This document shows, in pieces, positions 1 to 12,125 of a DNA stretch of 64,000 nt. The translations under genes and the position numbers were made by a program. Numbering within the stretch: position 1 is the first letter of the stretch; each line of letters begins with the position of its first letter. The stretch is from contig JAUCBJ010009083.1 in the NCBI GenBank assembly GCA_032718475.1, positions 62,001 through 126,000 on the forward strand, read 5' to 3'. The stretch is from Nemertoderma westbladi. Its lineage: Eukaryota; Animalia; Xenacoelomorpha. Under the pieces are notes generated by a model. It was not told the origin of the DNA, did not search any database, and was given only the letters and a program-made list of their open reading frames with translations.

Positions 1-688
1 AATCGGGATATTTCATTACATACAGTGATATTTTATTACAGTATTTGTTTATTAACCTATAGACAGATAGAAGTAGTTCCGTGCCTTGAACTGTTTTGCA
101 CTCCCACATTATGGACAAACCGAAAGATTGAGCATTGAAGGTACCGTATCCAATCCACGTTAATCATCATGGCCAATCAGCCCAAAGTTTTAATGTCTTT
201 CAAAATATGAGTTGTTTGAAAGGTTTTTCAATTGTTCACACCAATATAGCCTAAAACCACGATTCAGCAGATTTTCCGTGCTCGCTACACTCCGATGTAA
301 TTCATAATCACATCTGTAGGTAAAAAATAGTCGGTTGACCCAAAAATGTTAAAATTTTCTTGCTCGCTACGCTCGCGAATTAATCACATCTGTATTTAAA
401 AACCTTCGGTTGACCTACTATCTGAATTCTGAATATTACAGTATTACTTTACGCCTATTCATGTTTACCTGTTTACTTTTCTGCAAAATTTTCTTGCTCG
501 CTGGGCTCGCATTTTCATGTTAAAATACTGTAGGAGTGGTACTGCAGTATAAACTGATAAATGATTACAATAATAGCAAAATTTAATGGTCAATCTTTCA
601 ATGGTTGGCGCACATTGAATGTCATGGCTGGCGCGCTTTTCGTTTAACCAGAATCCGTGTGGCGCGCTTTTTGTCAATATTCCATATA

Positions 689-2645
689 GGGGTCCTGCGT
701 CGTTAGGTCCTGAGGCATTAGGTCCTGCGACCTTAGGTCCTGCGTCATTACTGCATTAGGTCCTGTTGTGTCATATCGTGCGACGTTAGGTCCTGTGGAG
801 CGTCGTTAGGTCCTGCCTGCCTGCGTCGTTAGGTCCTGTATTCCACTACTGTACAGTGAACAGGCTGACAGCAGGACAGGTACCGGTGTCCGTTAGGCCA
901 CTGTATACTGGTATACAAGGTAGGCCTATATGGCAATATCGTAGGTACCGGTAGTAGAAAGGGAGGGTCGGTATAAACGGTAGGTTGGCCTACTGCCGTT
1001 GCGAGGCAGTGTGCTGGGGTGGTAGACTACTTAACCGTGAACTTGAAAGAACTAGGCCTACTTAACTGAGTTATTTTTGTATACCGGTACCATTCAAAAT
1101 CGTTCTAATTTTTACTTTAATCATTTATTCATTCTTTATAGTGTTGTGTTTGTGTTATCATATGTTAATGTTGTTGAACATTTGTGAAAATATGTGTTAG
1201 TAATGTTGAAGATAAAAGTAGTGCGGCTATTTGAATCAAGTTTTGAGTGGGCGTTTATTTGGGAGCGGGAGGGAGGGGGAACTTTTTTCTATTTATGTGA
1301 ACTATTTTTGTAGGTCGTATGAGCAGTGCTCATGGGAACTGTGCTAGTCAATTGGTTTAGGAGAATGGTTTAGGGACGCAGTACTCGTCACCATAGAACA
1401 TTACAAGCCTCGTTGCGCTCGACCTGTTTTAGTCGAAAATATTTCTCATAACGTTAACTTTATAACTAGGGTTCGATCGGTGCACCGGCACCGGCACCGG
1501 TATTGCCGGTGTTTGGCACCACCGGCACCGGCACCTGCACCGGCAAAAACATTGCCGGTGCCGGTGTTTTTTAAAATGATTGGCTGCTGTTAAAATTGAA
1601 GCCTACTGCAGTACCGGTACTGCAGACAGCCTGGCTAAGCTATCAGTCAGCTACAAGGCTATAGCTGTTTGACTGTCTGTCTACTGGTCTAGCAGTCTAG
1701 TTACTTGACTAGTGGTCGGGTAGCCCAGAATCATAACGCCTTACTTAGTGTAAACAGTGTACTTAGCGCCTTACTTATTTCTGTATTTTATGTAATACCC
1801 GTATATAAATACTGTAGGCCTAGGCCTACTGTAACTGTACACATATAATTTTAATGCAATCGTTTTATTTAAACTTTTATATTCATTTTATTGTAAAGCT
1901 AAACCATTTTATATAAATGCGTGACATCATAATTTTACAGTATTGTACAGTTGTAGAATTGTACGTACTTGTTGCTCTGCTGCTGTACCCGTGTGCTGGG
2001 CAGCTGGGTTAAGCTATTACAATATTAATTCAGAAATTGCTCAGTACATACTGACATAGTCTGATAGTCGGCCAGCTACTGAGCTACTGTACCTTCTGTC
2101 AATCTGTGACTGTGGTACTTTACTGCATCACTGCCTCATTTCTGCATTTCATTAGGTGACAGGGTTAGGCTGTTAGGTGTGCGTGTGGCCTAATGTAATA
2201 GACATAGATTACACAAAAATTTATATTTCGTTTTCAAATAGAATTACGCCAAATTTGCCCAACATTTAAAAACACCGGCACCGGCACCTGCACCGGCATT
2301 TACAATGTGACACCGGCACCGGCACCGGCACCGGCAAAATTTTGGCACCGATCGAACCCTATTTATAACTATGAAAAATGACAAAATGAAATGTGAAATG
2401 AAAAATTAAAAAAACTGAAAAATCTGGAAACCCCCCAATCGCCAAAGCCGCAGAGGACCTAATGACGCAGGACCTAACGACCAAAGGACCTAATGACGCT
2501 ATTATAGAAGACCTAATGTCGCAGGACCTAATGACGCAGGACTTAACGCCGCAGGACCTAATGCCGCAGGACCTAACGACCACTCACAGCCACAGGACCT
2601 AATGACGCGGGACCTAACGACCAAAGGACCTAATGACGCGTTACC
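689..2645. mobile_element. Foldback-type non-autonomous element with arms of ~15 bp tandem subunits
   Basis: (GCGTCRTTAGGTCCT)n at 689-838 is the reverse complement of (AGGACCTAAYGACGC)n at ~2451-2640. No clear TSD. Contains a nested hAT MITE. Confidence 0.7.
1467..2361. mobile_element. Non-autonomous hAT-type element (MITE)
   Basis: Perfect 17 bp TIR TAGGGTTCGATCGGTGC at 1467-1483 and 2345-2361. 8 bp TSD TTTATAAC at 1459-1466 and 2362-2369. Subterminal (CACCGG)n repeats. Confidence 0.92.
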
Positions 2646-2840
2646 CCCGCTACCCCTGGCAGTCAGGCAGTCTGCCGACTACCGGTAACAGGGTAATGAC
2701 AATACAGATAAGACTGTAAGAAATACTGAAATAATAAGCCTCCTACTTGCTACTTGGCTGCTTGGTGTGCTTTAGGCCAGTCTGCCAGTACAGCAGTAGG
2801 CAGACAGGTACGTGGTAGAAGATTTCGCGCAGTATTTCTG

Positions 2841-3320
2841 CGGTCCTACGAATTACCCCAAAATACCCCAAAACACCCCAAAATACCCCAAAAGACCCCA
2901 AAATAGTATAAAACTACCCCAAAATACCCCAAAATAGTTTATAATTACCCCAAAATACCCCAAAATAGTTTAGAATTACCCCAAAATAATTTTTTTTGAG
3001 CCTTTGTTTTGGAAATTTAATTTACCCCAAAATATGGCAAAATGACGAATTACCCCAAAATAATGACGAATTACCCCAAAATAATTAAAAATTTTTTCTT
3101 CACTCTCGTTTATTGTTTTGGTTAAAAAAACTTGCCACTGTAACCTGCTCCTTTCCCTCGCTGTTAAAAAACATTATTAGCTTATTTTGGGGTATTTTGG
3201 GGTAATTTTTTAGCCTTTTTGGGGTATTTTGGGGTAATTTTTGACTATTTTGGGGTATTTTGGAGTATTTTGGGGTATTTTGGGGTGTTTTGGGGTATTT
3301 TGGGGTAATTCGTAGGACCC
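2841..3320. mobile_element. Mutator-like non-autonomous element
   Basis: Long TIRs GGTCCTACGAATTACCCCAAAA with (TACCCCAAAA)n subunits. 9 bp TSD GTATTTCTG at 2832-2840 and 3321-3329. Removing it restores a ~31 bp flanking repeat unit. Confidence 0.85.
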
Positions 3321-4957
3321 GTATTTCTGCTGTGCGCGCCAATCTCGCGCAGAATTTCTGCTGCGCGCGCCAATCTCGCGCAGTTTTTCTGCTGCGCACG
3401 CGGATTTTGCACTGTTTTCGACTGCGCAGGCGCACATTTTTTTCTGCGCCGCGTCGCGTTCGGCGCACAAAAAAATCACTTAGCATACCGGTTACTCACC
3501 AACAAACCAGAATTTGCAAATTAATAGCTAATTCGGTGCAATGTATTATTTATTATTATTATGGTAGTCTGGTAGTAGGATCTATAAGTTCGCTTCCCTT
3601 CAAGCGTGATAATATTTACAGTAAGGTCTGCTGGCCTATGGCAGTATGGGGATGACGTTTTTACATTAACACAGCTATGGCAGTATGGTACAGCAATATT
3701 GTTAAAAAAAGGTCAGAATCAGAATGTTTGGTTAAACACAAACAGAGACAAAGTATTGAAATTAATAATGTGAACAAATCTTACATTGTTGTATGGCCCA
3801 ACCCAGGCTGCCAGGGCGTTTCTTATCAAGGTTAACATTAAGGTGATCTGGTGATCGGATATTGGATAGTGCAAGTACCGTACCTACTGTACGTACACCA
3901 TATACTACACTACACACACAAGCACATGCAACTCACTAGAATGTATGTCACATCACAGCTGTCACAGCATGACACTGACACATTTACAACAAAAGTTCGG
4001 TAATATACCAATATACAGATATATGCCTGCAAGCTGCAACTCAGCAACTACAACCACTCTCTCTGCCAGTCTACAGCTGCTCTTCCTCTTATCAGAATAA
4101 AAAATGCCAAAAACGGCAGGTCAAAAACTTCCAATTTTGGAACTAGAGGTTACAGTATCAAAATTTTAATCATAAAAAACCAAAAGCATGGTGAATTTTT
4201 TTTTATCTCGGTCAAAAGTTTCTAAATGCATCAAAATATAATTTTTTGCAAAATTTAGTTAACCCCAGCCAATATTGGCTGACCCTGGACAGAAAATATA
4301 TCAAAAATTCCAATTTTGGCATGAAAACTTCCAATTTTGAAAAATGCCAATTTTGGCATAGATCAGTGACTGACAGTGTCAATCAGTAGCGGTCTTGGTT
4401 CTGTGGTCAGTATGAAATGATTGACAGAACTTTAATTCATGTAGATTTTGACTGGCTTACAAAGGCTAAAAATTTAAAAGGTTAAATAGGCTACAGTTCG
4501 TATAATACAATATAATGCAATACTATGCAGTGGGTCTGTGGGTAGATAAAACTCCTATAGCTATAACTGAGACTCAAAATTTAGGTCATAGTCTTACTGT
4601 CTTAAAGCAGTAAAGTAGCACATATACTGAAGGATAGACTGTATGCTACTGTACATTATGTAGGCTATGTATGTCTGTATGTACGCCTCTATCTGCAACT
4701 TTATTGAGTTCTCCCTCTACAATTTTGCGGGCTTGGGACCGTTTTTTGTGTTTTTTGAACACAAAAGGCTGCACTCATAAGATTGTATTGTAATAGGGGC
4801 CTACTCTCTGACTGCTAGACAGCTAGATCAGCCTCCGCTCAATGCATGGCTCGCCCCACAATCAGACAATGCTTTGTTTTATTTTGCACATCATGTGTGC
4901 CCCTCTAAACGATTTGAACTACAGTTGGATACACGTTTTGCAAGCGTTTCTCACTCG

Positions 4958-5195
4958 TTTGTACTCTTTTGTACTATTTTTGCACTCTTTTGTACTATTT
5001 TTGCACTTTATTGTACTCTTTTGTATTCTTTTGTACTATATTGTACTATTTTGTATTTTTTTGTACTTTTTTGTACAAATTCGTCGGACCCCCTTTTATT
5101 TGACTTTTTTGTCCTCCTTTTTTTACGAATTGTGCACAATGACTTTTGTTGTCCCTTTAATGACTTTTGTTGTCCTTTTAATGACTTTTTATGTA
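4958..5195 (+). repeat. Low-complexity (TTTGTACT)-type and ATGACTTTTGTTGTCC repeats
   Basis: Short T-rich tandem units, directly visible. Confidence 0.7.
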
Positions 5196-5240
5196 TGTAT
5201 TTCTTCAAACTGTCAGACTGCTGATTTCTGGACTGTCAGA

Positions 5241-5596
5241 AACAAAACAATAAACGATCACTTAACTAATTGAAGGAAAGGAGCAGGTTACAGAGGCGGA
5301 ATTTTCTAACCAAAACAATAAACGATCATTTAACTAATTGAGGGAAAGGGGCGGGTTACAGAGGTGGGATTTTCTAACCAAAACAATAAACAATCACTTT
5401 ACCAAATGAAGGAAAGGAGCAGGTTACATAGATGGTCTTTTCTAACCAAAACAATAAACGATAACATTACCAATTGAGGGAAAGGAGCAGGTTAAAGAGG
5501 CGGGCTGTTCTAACCAAAACAAATAAACGATCACTTTACCAAATCAGGGAAAGGAGCAGGTTACAGAGGCGGGATTTTCTAACCAAAACAATAAAC
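5241..5596 (+). repeat. Tandem array of a 68 bp unit (block 1, ~5 copies)
   Basis: Unit AACCAAAACAATAAACGATCATTTAACTAATTGAGGGAAAGGAGCAGGTTACAGAGGCGGGATTTTCT. Confidence 0.92.
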
Positions 5597-6266
5597 TATG
5601 TCATGAACATAACAATAAATTATGTCATGAACATTTGAGGGAATGGGACAGCTTAAAGACTAATTTGGTTGTTTTTATTCCTTTTGAGATGAAACTTCAT
5701 AGACATCTACTACAGAATAGGCTGTACTTTACTGAGGAGGTTGATCGGCCCGCAGTTCTCCAGTCTGCTGGTAAAGACGCTGTTAACGTAGACTGAGACT
5801 CATATCTCAAATAACGACCTACACTTATGGTCTATGAATAGGTTTAACTTTAAGTCATTTACTCCTCTTTCTTGTTTGTTAGTCGCGAGGTGAGATAAAG
5901 CCACACTAACTCCCAAGGATCTTATACTCACCATTCAAATAATCCCGTGCAAACCAGATTACCCCAGCATCTAAAGTATTCCACTTCAGTGCAAATTATA
6001 TAGAGCCTTTAGTTGGATTTGAACCTGCGCTAGCAAACTCTATTGTAAAGTTAAGAAGAGTGAACCAATAGAGGTAGCCTGAAGTCTAATCTCTTGGTCT
6101 TTACTCATAAGTCAGCGCATTAACTCCCAAGGTTACATACTATCACTATAGCTGGGAGAGTCAAATCAGCCAAGAGCTAGGAAAAAAGAATAATGCTCTT
6201 CTAGGGTTCGAATTCACCACCTTCTAATTAGAAAAATAAGCATATGATCAGCTTGAATCAGCTTGA

Positions 6267-6465
6267 ATGCCTCACTGAGGCCCAGGCAATGCCTCACTGA
6301 GGCCCAGACTATGTCTCACTGAGGCCCAGACTATGTAGACCCTCAATCTGAGGCCCTTTGAGGCCCAGACTATGCCTCACTGAGGCCCATACTATGCCTC
6401 ACTGAGGCCCAGACTATGCCTCACTGAGGCCCAGACTATGCCTCACTGAGGCCCAGACTATGCCT
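6267..6465 (+). repeat. 22 bp minisatellite with an internal palindrome
   Basis: (TGCCTCACTGAGGCCCAGACTA)n, about 8 copies, with a GCCTCA-C-TGAGGC dyad. Confidence 0.9.
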
Positions 6466-6472
6466 TCCTGAG

Positions 6473-7107
6473 AAACGATCACTTAACTAATTGAGGGAAA
6501 GGTGCAGGTTACAGAGGCGGGATTTCCTAACCAAAACAATAAACGATCATTTAACTAATTGAGGGAAAGGGGCGGGTTACAGAGGCAGGATTTTCTAACC
6601 AAAACAATAAACAGTCACTTTACCAAATGAATGAAAGGAGCAGGTTACAGAGGCGGGCCTTTCTAACCAAAACAATAAACGGTCACTTTACCAAATCAGG
6701 GAAAGTAGCAGGTTACAGACTGACAGAGGCGGGATTTTCTAACCAAAAGAATAAACGATCATTTAACTAATTGAGGGAAAGGAGCGGGTTACAGAGGCGG
6801 GATTTTCTAACCAAAACAATAAACAGTCACTTTACCAAATGTAGGAAAGGAGCAGGTTACAGAGGCGGGCCTTTCTAACCAAAACAATAAACGGTCACTT
6901 TACCAAATCAGGGAAAGGAGCAGGTTACAGAGGCGGGATTTTCTAACCAAAACAATAAACAGTCACTTTACTAAATGAAGGAAAGGAACAGGTTACAGAG
7001 GCGGGCCTTTCTAACCAAAACAATAAATGATAATTTAACTAATTGAGGGAAAGGGGCAGGTTACAGAGGCGGGATTTTCTAAACAAAACAATAAACAGTC
7101 ACTTTAC
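6473..7107 (+). repeat. Tandem array of the 68 bp unit (block 2, ~9 copies)
   Basis: Same unit as 5241-5596. Confidence 0.92.
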
Positions 7108-8489
7108 TATGGACTACTTTATCACAATTCAGCAATTAGCTGATTAGGCCTATCATATTTACAACTGTACATATCACAGAATCAGTGAGTCAGTACCTAA
7201 CTGCCTAAAATGCTGTAATGTAGTATAATACAGTCAGACAGTATAATTATTTCTAAGGCATATGCTTTATACCTACATGCAGACATACAATGCAATACTG
7301 CAAAATAGTGCTCTGTCAGTCTGTACAGCTGTATATACTAATACCGGTACTTATAGCCTAAGAGAACAGCAGTAGAGAAACCGGTAGCAAGGAACCCAAC
7401 GGTAGATTTCTGGAGGACATAAAAAGTAAAAAAAAAAGGACAAAAAAAAGGATTTAAACGGACAAGAAAAATTATTGCGATACTGAAATATTGAATTGGA
7501 AACCATTACTGGTTATTCCATTGTATAGGGGCCTAATAATTATGACATTCAGCGGTAATTTAATACACCTAATAAATTCCCGTAGTATTTCAGCTAATTT
7601 GCAAATGTAATCACTTAAAATGTTTTTAAAAAAAGTATTCCCGACGGTGAACGTTTTTATTCCATCGGTAATGAGGGTTAATTTTTCGAGTTACATCCAT
7701 AAAAACAATCAAAACACCCCTTCTGTGACGTCTTGGGGGCCTTCTGCGCCTCCTGCCATTTTAGAGTTGAATTTACAACTTAAAAGTTGAATTAAAAAAA
7801 AAATGTTATAAATTTCAACTCGCAGTTGAAATTTGACTGTGTCAAATTGTCATCCGACTGTGTAAATTACTAAAATAACAAATTAATTTGTTAAAAAATC
7901 GGAATGGTATTACAACCAGCTAGTAAATATTAAATTAAGAACAATAGGGTAAAACAGAGTGGGAAGTCCTGTAGGCCTGGCCTATGTGCAGTAAATAAAA
8001 TCACAACATTTTGAGGGTGTAAGGAATTACATAAGGCTGTAAGGTGTAAGTAGGGATTACATAAATTTATTTATAAATTACAATTAATTATTTAAACCTG
8101 TAAGAATGTGTACGATATAAAAAAGTGAATTAAAATTAATTATTTAAACTTAAAAAATGTGCTAAAATAATTTATAAAATAAGCACCGATCATTCAAATT
8201 GGAAAATAGCAATGTATTTAATCTACAGTATCTTTATCTACTTTACAGCTTTATATTGAATCCAAAACAGATGATTAATAAAACTTTGACTCAAAAAATA
8301 ATGTTTAACCTGGTGCTTAAAAGACTACAGAAGGGCATTACATATGTCTGTAGGGGTAGGCGGTATAGAGGATTTTTCGGTGACCACAATTAAAATCCGG
8401 GGCTCCCTATCTATTTTGTAGAGAATTTAATGCTGATCACAAAAATGCCCTACATTAGTGATTCAACTCATAAGGTGATTCAGGCAGAT

Positions 8490-8490
8490 A

Positions 8491-8521
<31 letters not shown>

Positions 8522-8751
8522 CGCAATAAAAATCTCATCCCTCTCCAGGGGAAATTCGACGCAAATAACAGCTGATTACTTCTCAAAAATAAAACTATAA
8601 CCTGTTCTATTGTGTTTAGTTTATTGTTTTGGTTAAAATAAGGTGCCACTGTAACCTGCTCCTTTCCCTAAATTGAGAATTTAACATTGAGGCGGGATAT
8701 TAATTCGCCAAGGCGGGTTTTGCGTCCAGTCCCCCCCCCCCCCCCCCCCCC
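8490..8751. mobile_element. MITE-like element with G-run/C-run inverted ends
   Basis: G(n)ACTCGACGCAA ... TTGCGTCCAGTC(n) inverted termini. A related partial copy lies in the opposite orientation at 52729-52860. Confidence 0.7.
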
Positions 8752-9169
8752 ACCTTCGATTCAGGGTATTAAAACTAAATGTATCTCTTAGCGACATGTT
8801 ATCACGATCTGTATAGGAATCAATGTAAACTGATTTTTATGAGATGAAACGCTTCTACAGGGGCTATGGAGCCGTTTTTATTCTCATTAGAATCGCAACC
8901 ATCGATTTAGTTTGGGTATAAGTTGTTGAAACAAGTTTTTTCGTAATATTTTGGAAATTGTTCACTAATCTTGGCTCAAAAGTGTTATTTCTTGATTTAG
9001 TAAGTGTTGTACCTAATATGACTTATGTTGGTCATACAGAGTGTATGTTGGGCTCATTCGAAACGTAAGTGATTTAGTGGGTGTAAAGGTGTTTATGGCT
9101 TTTTTTTTTACATATAATAGTAAATGACTTTTGGCCAATTGCGCCAAAAATTTGGCTTATAAATATTTA

Positions 9170-9750
9170 TGTCAGGGATATTAGAAACAGGTCAGCGTCA
9201 GTCTCTGTCTTCCTCCGCGCTTCAGCAAAAAGGCTCCAAGACGCCATCTCAACAGCAGATATTTTAGCAGGAATGCAAGAAGAAGTTGACAACAATGTGC
9301 CAGACACGGTGGGTTGAGCGGCTTGAGTGTCAGTCAACATTTGTTGAATTGTTGGAGCCAATATACATATATTATATTGGAAATATAATAGACTGTTAAG
9401 TGGAAACATTGGAAACGATCCAGCAAGAAGGGGGCCCACTGGCTGCAAACAGGCAAAGGCAACTTCCTTTCTGGCTGCTGTGAAGAACCCCTGAAAGCCA
9501 TCCAGACCGCTGAAATTGATATGGGCGTCGCAGTTCGCTGGACAGAACGCATTGTGAAAAACCTCGGCCACTTTCAGGAAGATGACAACTTCCAATAACT
9601 TCTTGTGAAAGCGGAGAAGATAGTGGAGGATATTGGGGGGAAGATCACAGTCCCACGTGTGACCAAACACGAGCAACATCGAGGGAATGCACCAGCAATG
9701 ATCATACCTGACTATCGGCTGTGGTACTACTGTAAGAACTACGGTTTTTT
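9170..9750 (+). pseudogene. Degraded hAT transposase fragment (THAP12/PRKRIR-ZMYM1-like)
   Basis: Manual + strand translation across frameshifts gives FLRASAKR, KKLTTMCQTRWVERLE, AIQTAEIDMGVA and ITVPRVTKHEQHRGNAPA..YY, matching the CxTRWVER and PR...RQxHRxNxPA motifs. The 197 aa minus ORF is its antisense shadow. Confidence 0.8.
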
Positions 9751-10499
9751 GTGGGTTCATCTAACATCTGACTGAAAGTACTGAAGTAATAATTATTTAT
9801 TACATGGGAAAAAAGTATAACTTATTTTCACTATTATCGAGGCATTTTATGTACAGAGCGTTACCGAAGTTAATAAAGGGTGGAGAGATATATACTCGTT
9901 TCTCCCCCCGCAAAGTCAGAAAGTGGTGTTAGGGCTTTCAAAGGATACAGTATTGCAGAGTGAAATTCATATATTTTGCCGATCGGGATATATTTTTTTC
10001 CCATATAAAAATACATACTGCACAATACTGAATATATAAATAAATCACAATTTACCGGTAATTAATTTTACATTGTTTTAAGTAAATCGGACTACAGTAT
10101 TTCCAATTACTGTAAATCAGTAAATTAATGGACGGCAGGATACTGCTAATACATGTTTAAAATTATATAATAAAATTGACTTGCCTAGGTAACATAAATG
10201 GTCTAACTCTGTACAGTAGTTTACAATAAATCACGTGTATATACATACAGTACATTAAACTTGAAATACAATTAACTTTACAGTTTAAAATATATCAGTT
10301 AGGTCATACGTAGCTACAGTTTAAAAGGTAATATCACATACGTACAGTAAATTAATTTGACAAAGTACTGTACAATAAAATATGAACACGTAGTTTAAAA
10401 CATATCACATATGTACAGTAATATTAACTCGAAGTATCAGTATATAATTGTATACAATAAAACAAGGTAGACAAAATAAAACAAGGTAGACATCAATAA

Positions 10500-11200
10500 A
10501 ACAGAAAAATTAAATAAAAAACAAGTAGAAAATGTGCAATGAGGTTTCACCTCGTTTCCATAAGGGTCCCTGTGCTCTATGCGGCAGACAATATTATTTG
10601 CACCAAAATTGTAATGAAAATGGAATGGCGCCAATGAAATGCTAAAAGTAACTTTAAAAAAAATAAAAAATACCAATGAATGCAATAATAAAAACACTGT
10701 TAGGCCTATGAAATAAATAATTATAAAGTTCAATAATATTATAGAATACAATGTTTGTTATGTTAATTAATAATCATAATAAATGTATTCATTTGTATTT
10801 TCAGTTAGCAGCTGCTGTAGGTAGTGCTTTGAGGTTGTGTTTGAACACTGCTAAAGTTTTCACGTTTGTTAAGCTTTGAGGCAGTTCGTTCCAAATTTTT
10901 GGACCCGAGTAAGTGAACGCTTTCTTGCCGCAAACTGTCGTACAATCGGGGAGCACAGCTGATGACTCAGTAGAACGCAGTGAGTGTGTTTGACAACGAA
11001 TGTTAACGAGGTCTGACATGTAATCGGGTTATATGTTGTTAACAATTTTGAACATACAGTATGTGATACTATAACTGCCTTTATTCTTTCGTTTAGAGGG
11101 AGCCAAATTTATTTCTTTGAAGTGTTGGATTCCGATATGTTCACGGGGACCGTAACCAAGGCAATATCTAACACACTTCCTCTGCAGTGCTTCCAATTGC
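10500..11200 (-). mobile_element. 5'-truncated CR1/L2-group LINE 3' end
   Basis: Minus translation gives QLEALQRKCVRYCLGYGPREHIG..FKEIN/WLPL and GKKAFTYSGPKIWNELP..FKHNLK, followed by an AT-rich 3' UTR. The 3' boundary is approximate. Confidence 0.8.
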
Positions 11201-11519
11201 TTACGAAGGCGTTTGAGTTATGCTGTAAAACCAAGTACAGTAGATGCGGCGTAATCGATATGTGGCTGTATCAGTGTATTGCATAGCAAACGTTTTATAT
11301 TGTGGTAGGTTAATCATGAGACATGAGATGATTGTATTTTGTGTATAATGTGTACGCCGTACGTGTACCATTACTGCTACTGGATTAGGAGGGCAGAGGG
11401 TGTGTGTCACTAACTACCAGAAGCAGAATCATACTACAGTACAAACAGAGAATACTCCAGTAGTAGTGTGTACTGTAGTACTGAATCTGCCTACCTAGAC
11501 CTACTAATGTACTATGAAA

Positions 11520-12125
11520 TTTCAACAGATTGTTACAGTATCCCATATACTACGAACTGCGCGAAGGGCTCATAAATGGTTCATTATATTGTTTCAGTAT
11601 CCAACATGCTGCACGAAGGAGTCTCTTAAACTGTAAAACGTTTCAACAGATCGATACAGTACCACACGTGCTGCACGAAGGTTTATTAAACACTTCAACG
11701 GATTGTTTCAGTATCTCACGTACTGCGCGAAGGTCTCTTAAACGTTTCAACGGATTATTACAGTACTCTATGTGCTGCACGAAGGTTTCTTAAACGTTTT
11801 AACAGATTGTTTCTGTATCTCATGTGCTGCACGAAGGTTTCTTAAACGTTTCAACGGATTGTTTCAGTATCTCACATACTGCGCGAAGGTCTCTTAAATG
11901 TTTCAACAGATTGTTACAGTATCTCACGTACTACGCGAAGGTCTCATAAACTTTTCAACGGATTGTTACAGTACTCTATGTGCTGCACGCAGGTTTCTTA
12001 AACGTTTCAACGGCTTGTTTCCTCACGTGCTGCACGAAGGTTTCTTAAACGTTTCAACGGATTGTTTCCTCACATACTGCACGAAGGTTTCTTAAACGTT
12101 TCAACGGATTGTTACAGTATCTCCG
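11520..12125 (+). repeat. 52 bp tandem repeat (~11 diverged copies)
   Basis: Unit TTCAACGGATTGTTTCAGTATCTCACGTACTGCGCGAAGGTCTCTTAAACGT. Confidence 0.9.

Noticed and set aside
3108-3159. RAG RSS resemblance of the shared motif (TACAGTG-13-ACCAAAACA)
   Set aside because: It lacks the essential CAC of the heptamer, the spacer is off, and most copies read TACAGAG.
2359-5273. Short ORFs at 2359-5273 and antisense ORFs inside NHE8, CFAP300 and the CSD gene
   Set aside because: They arise from TIR subrepeats, low-complexity sequence or overlap with real genes.
6010-6220. tRNA or SINE suggested by B-box-like GGTTCAAATCC (minus) and GGTTCGAATTC
   Set aside because: No convincing A-box or cloverleaf could be assembled.
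9167-9760. 197 aa minus-strand ORF as a gene
   Set aside because: It is the antisense shadow of a degraded + strand hAT transposase.
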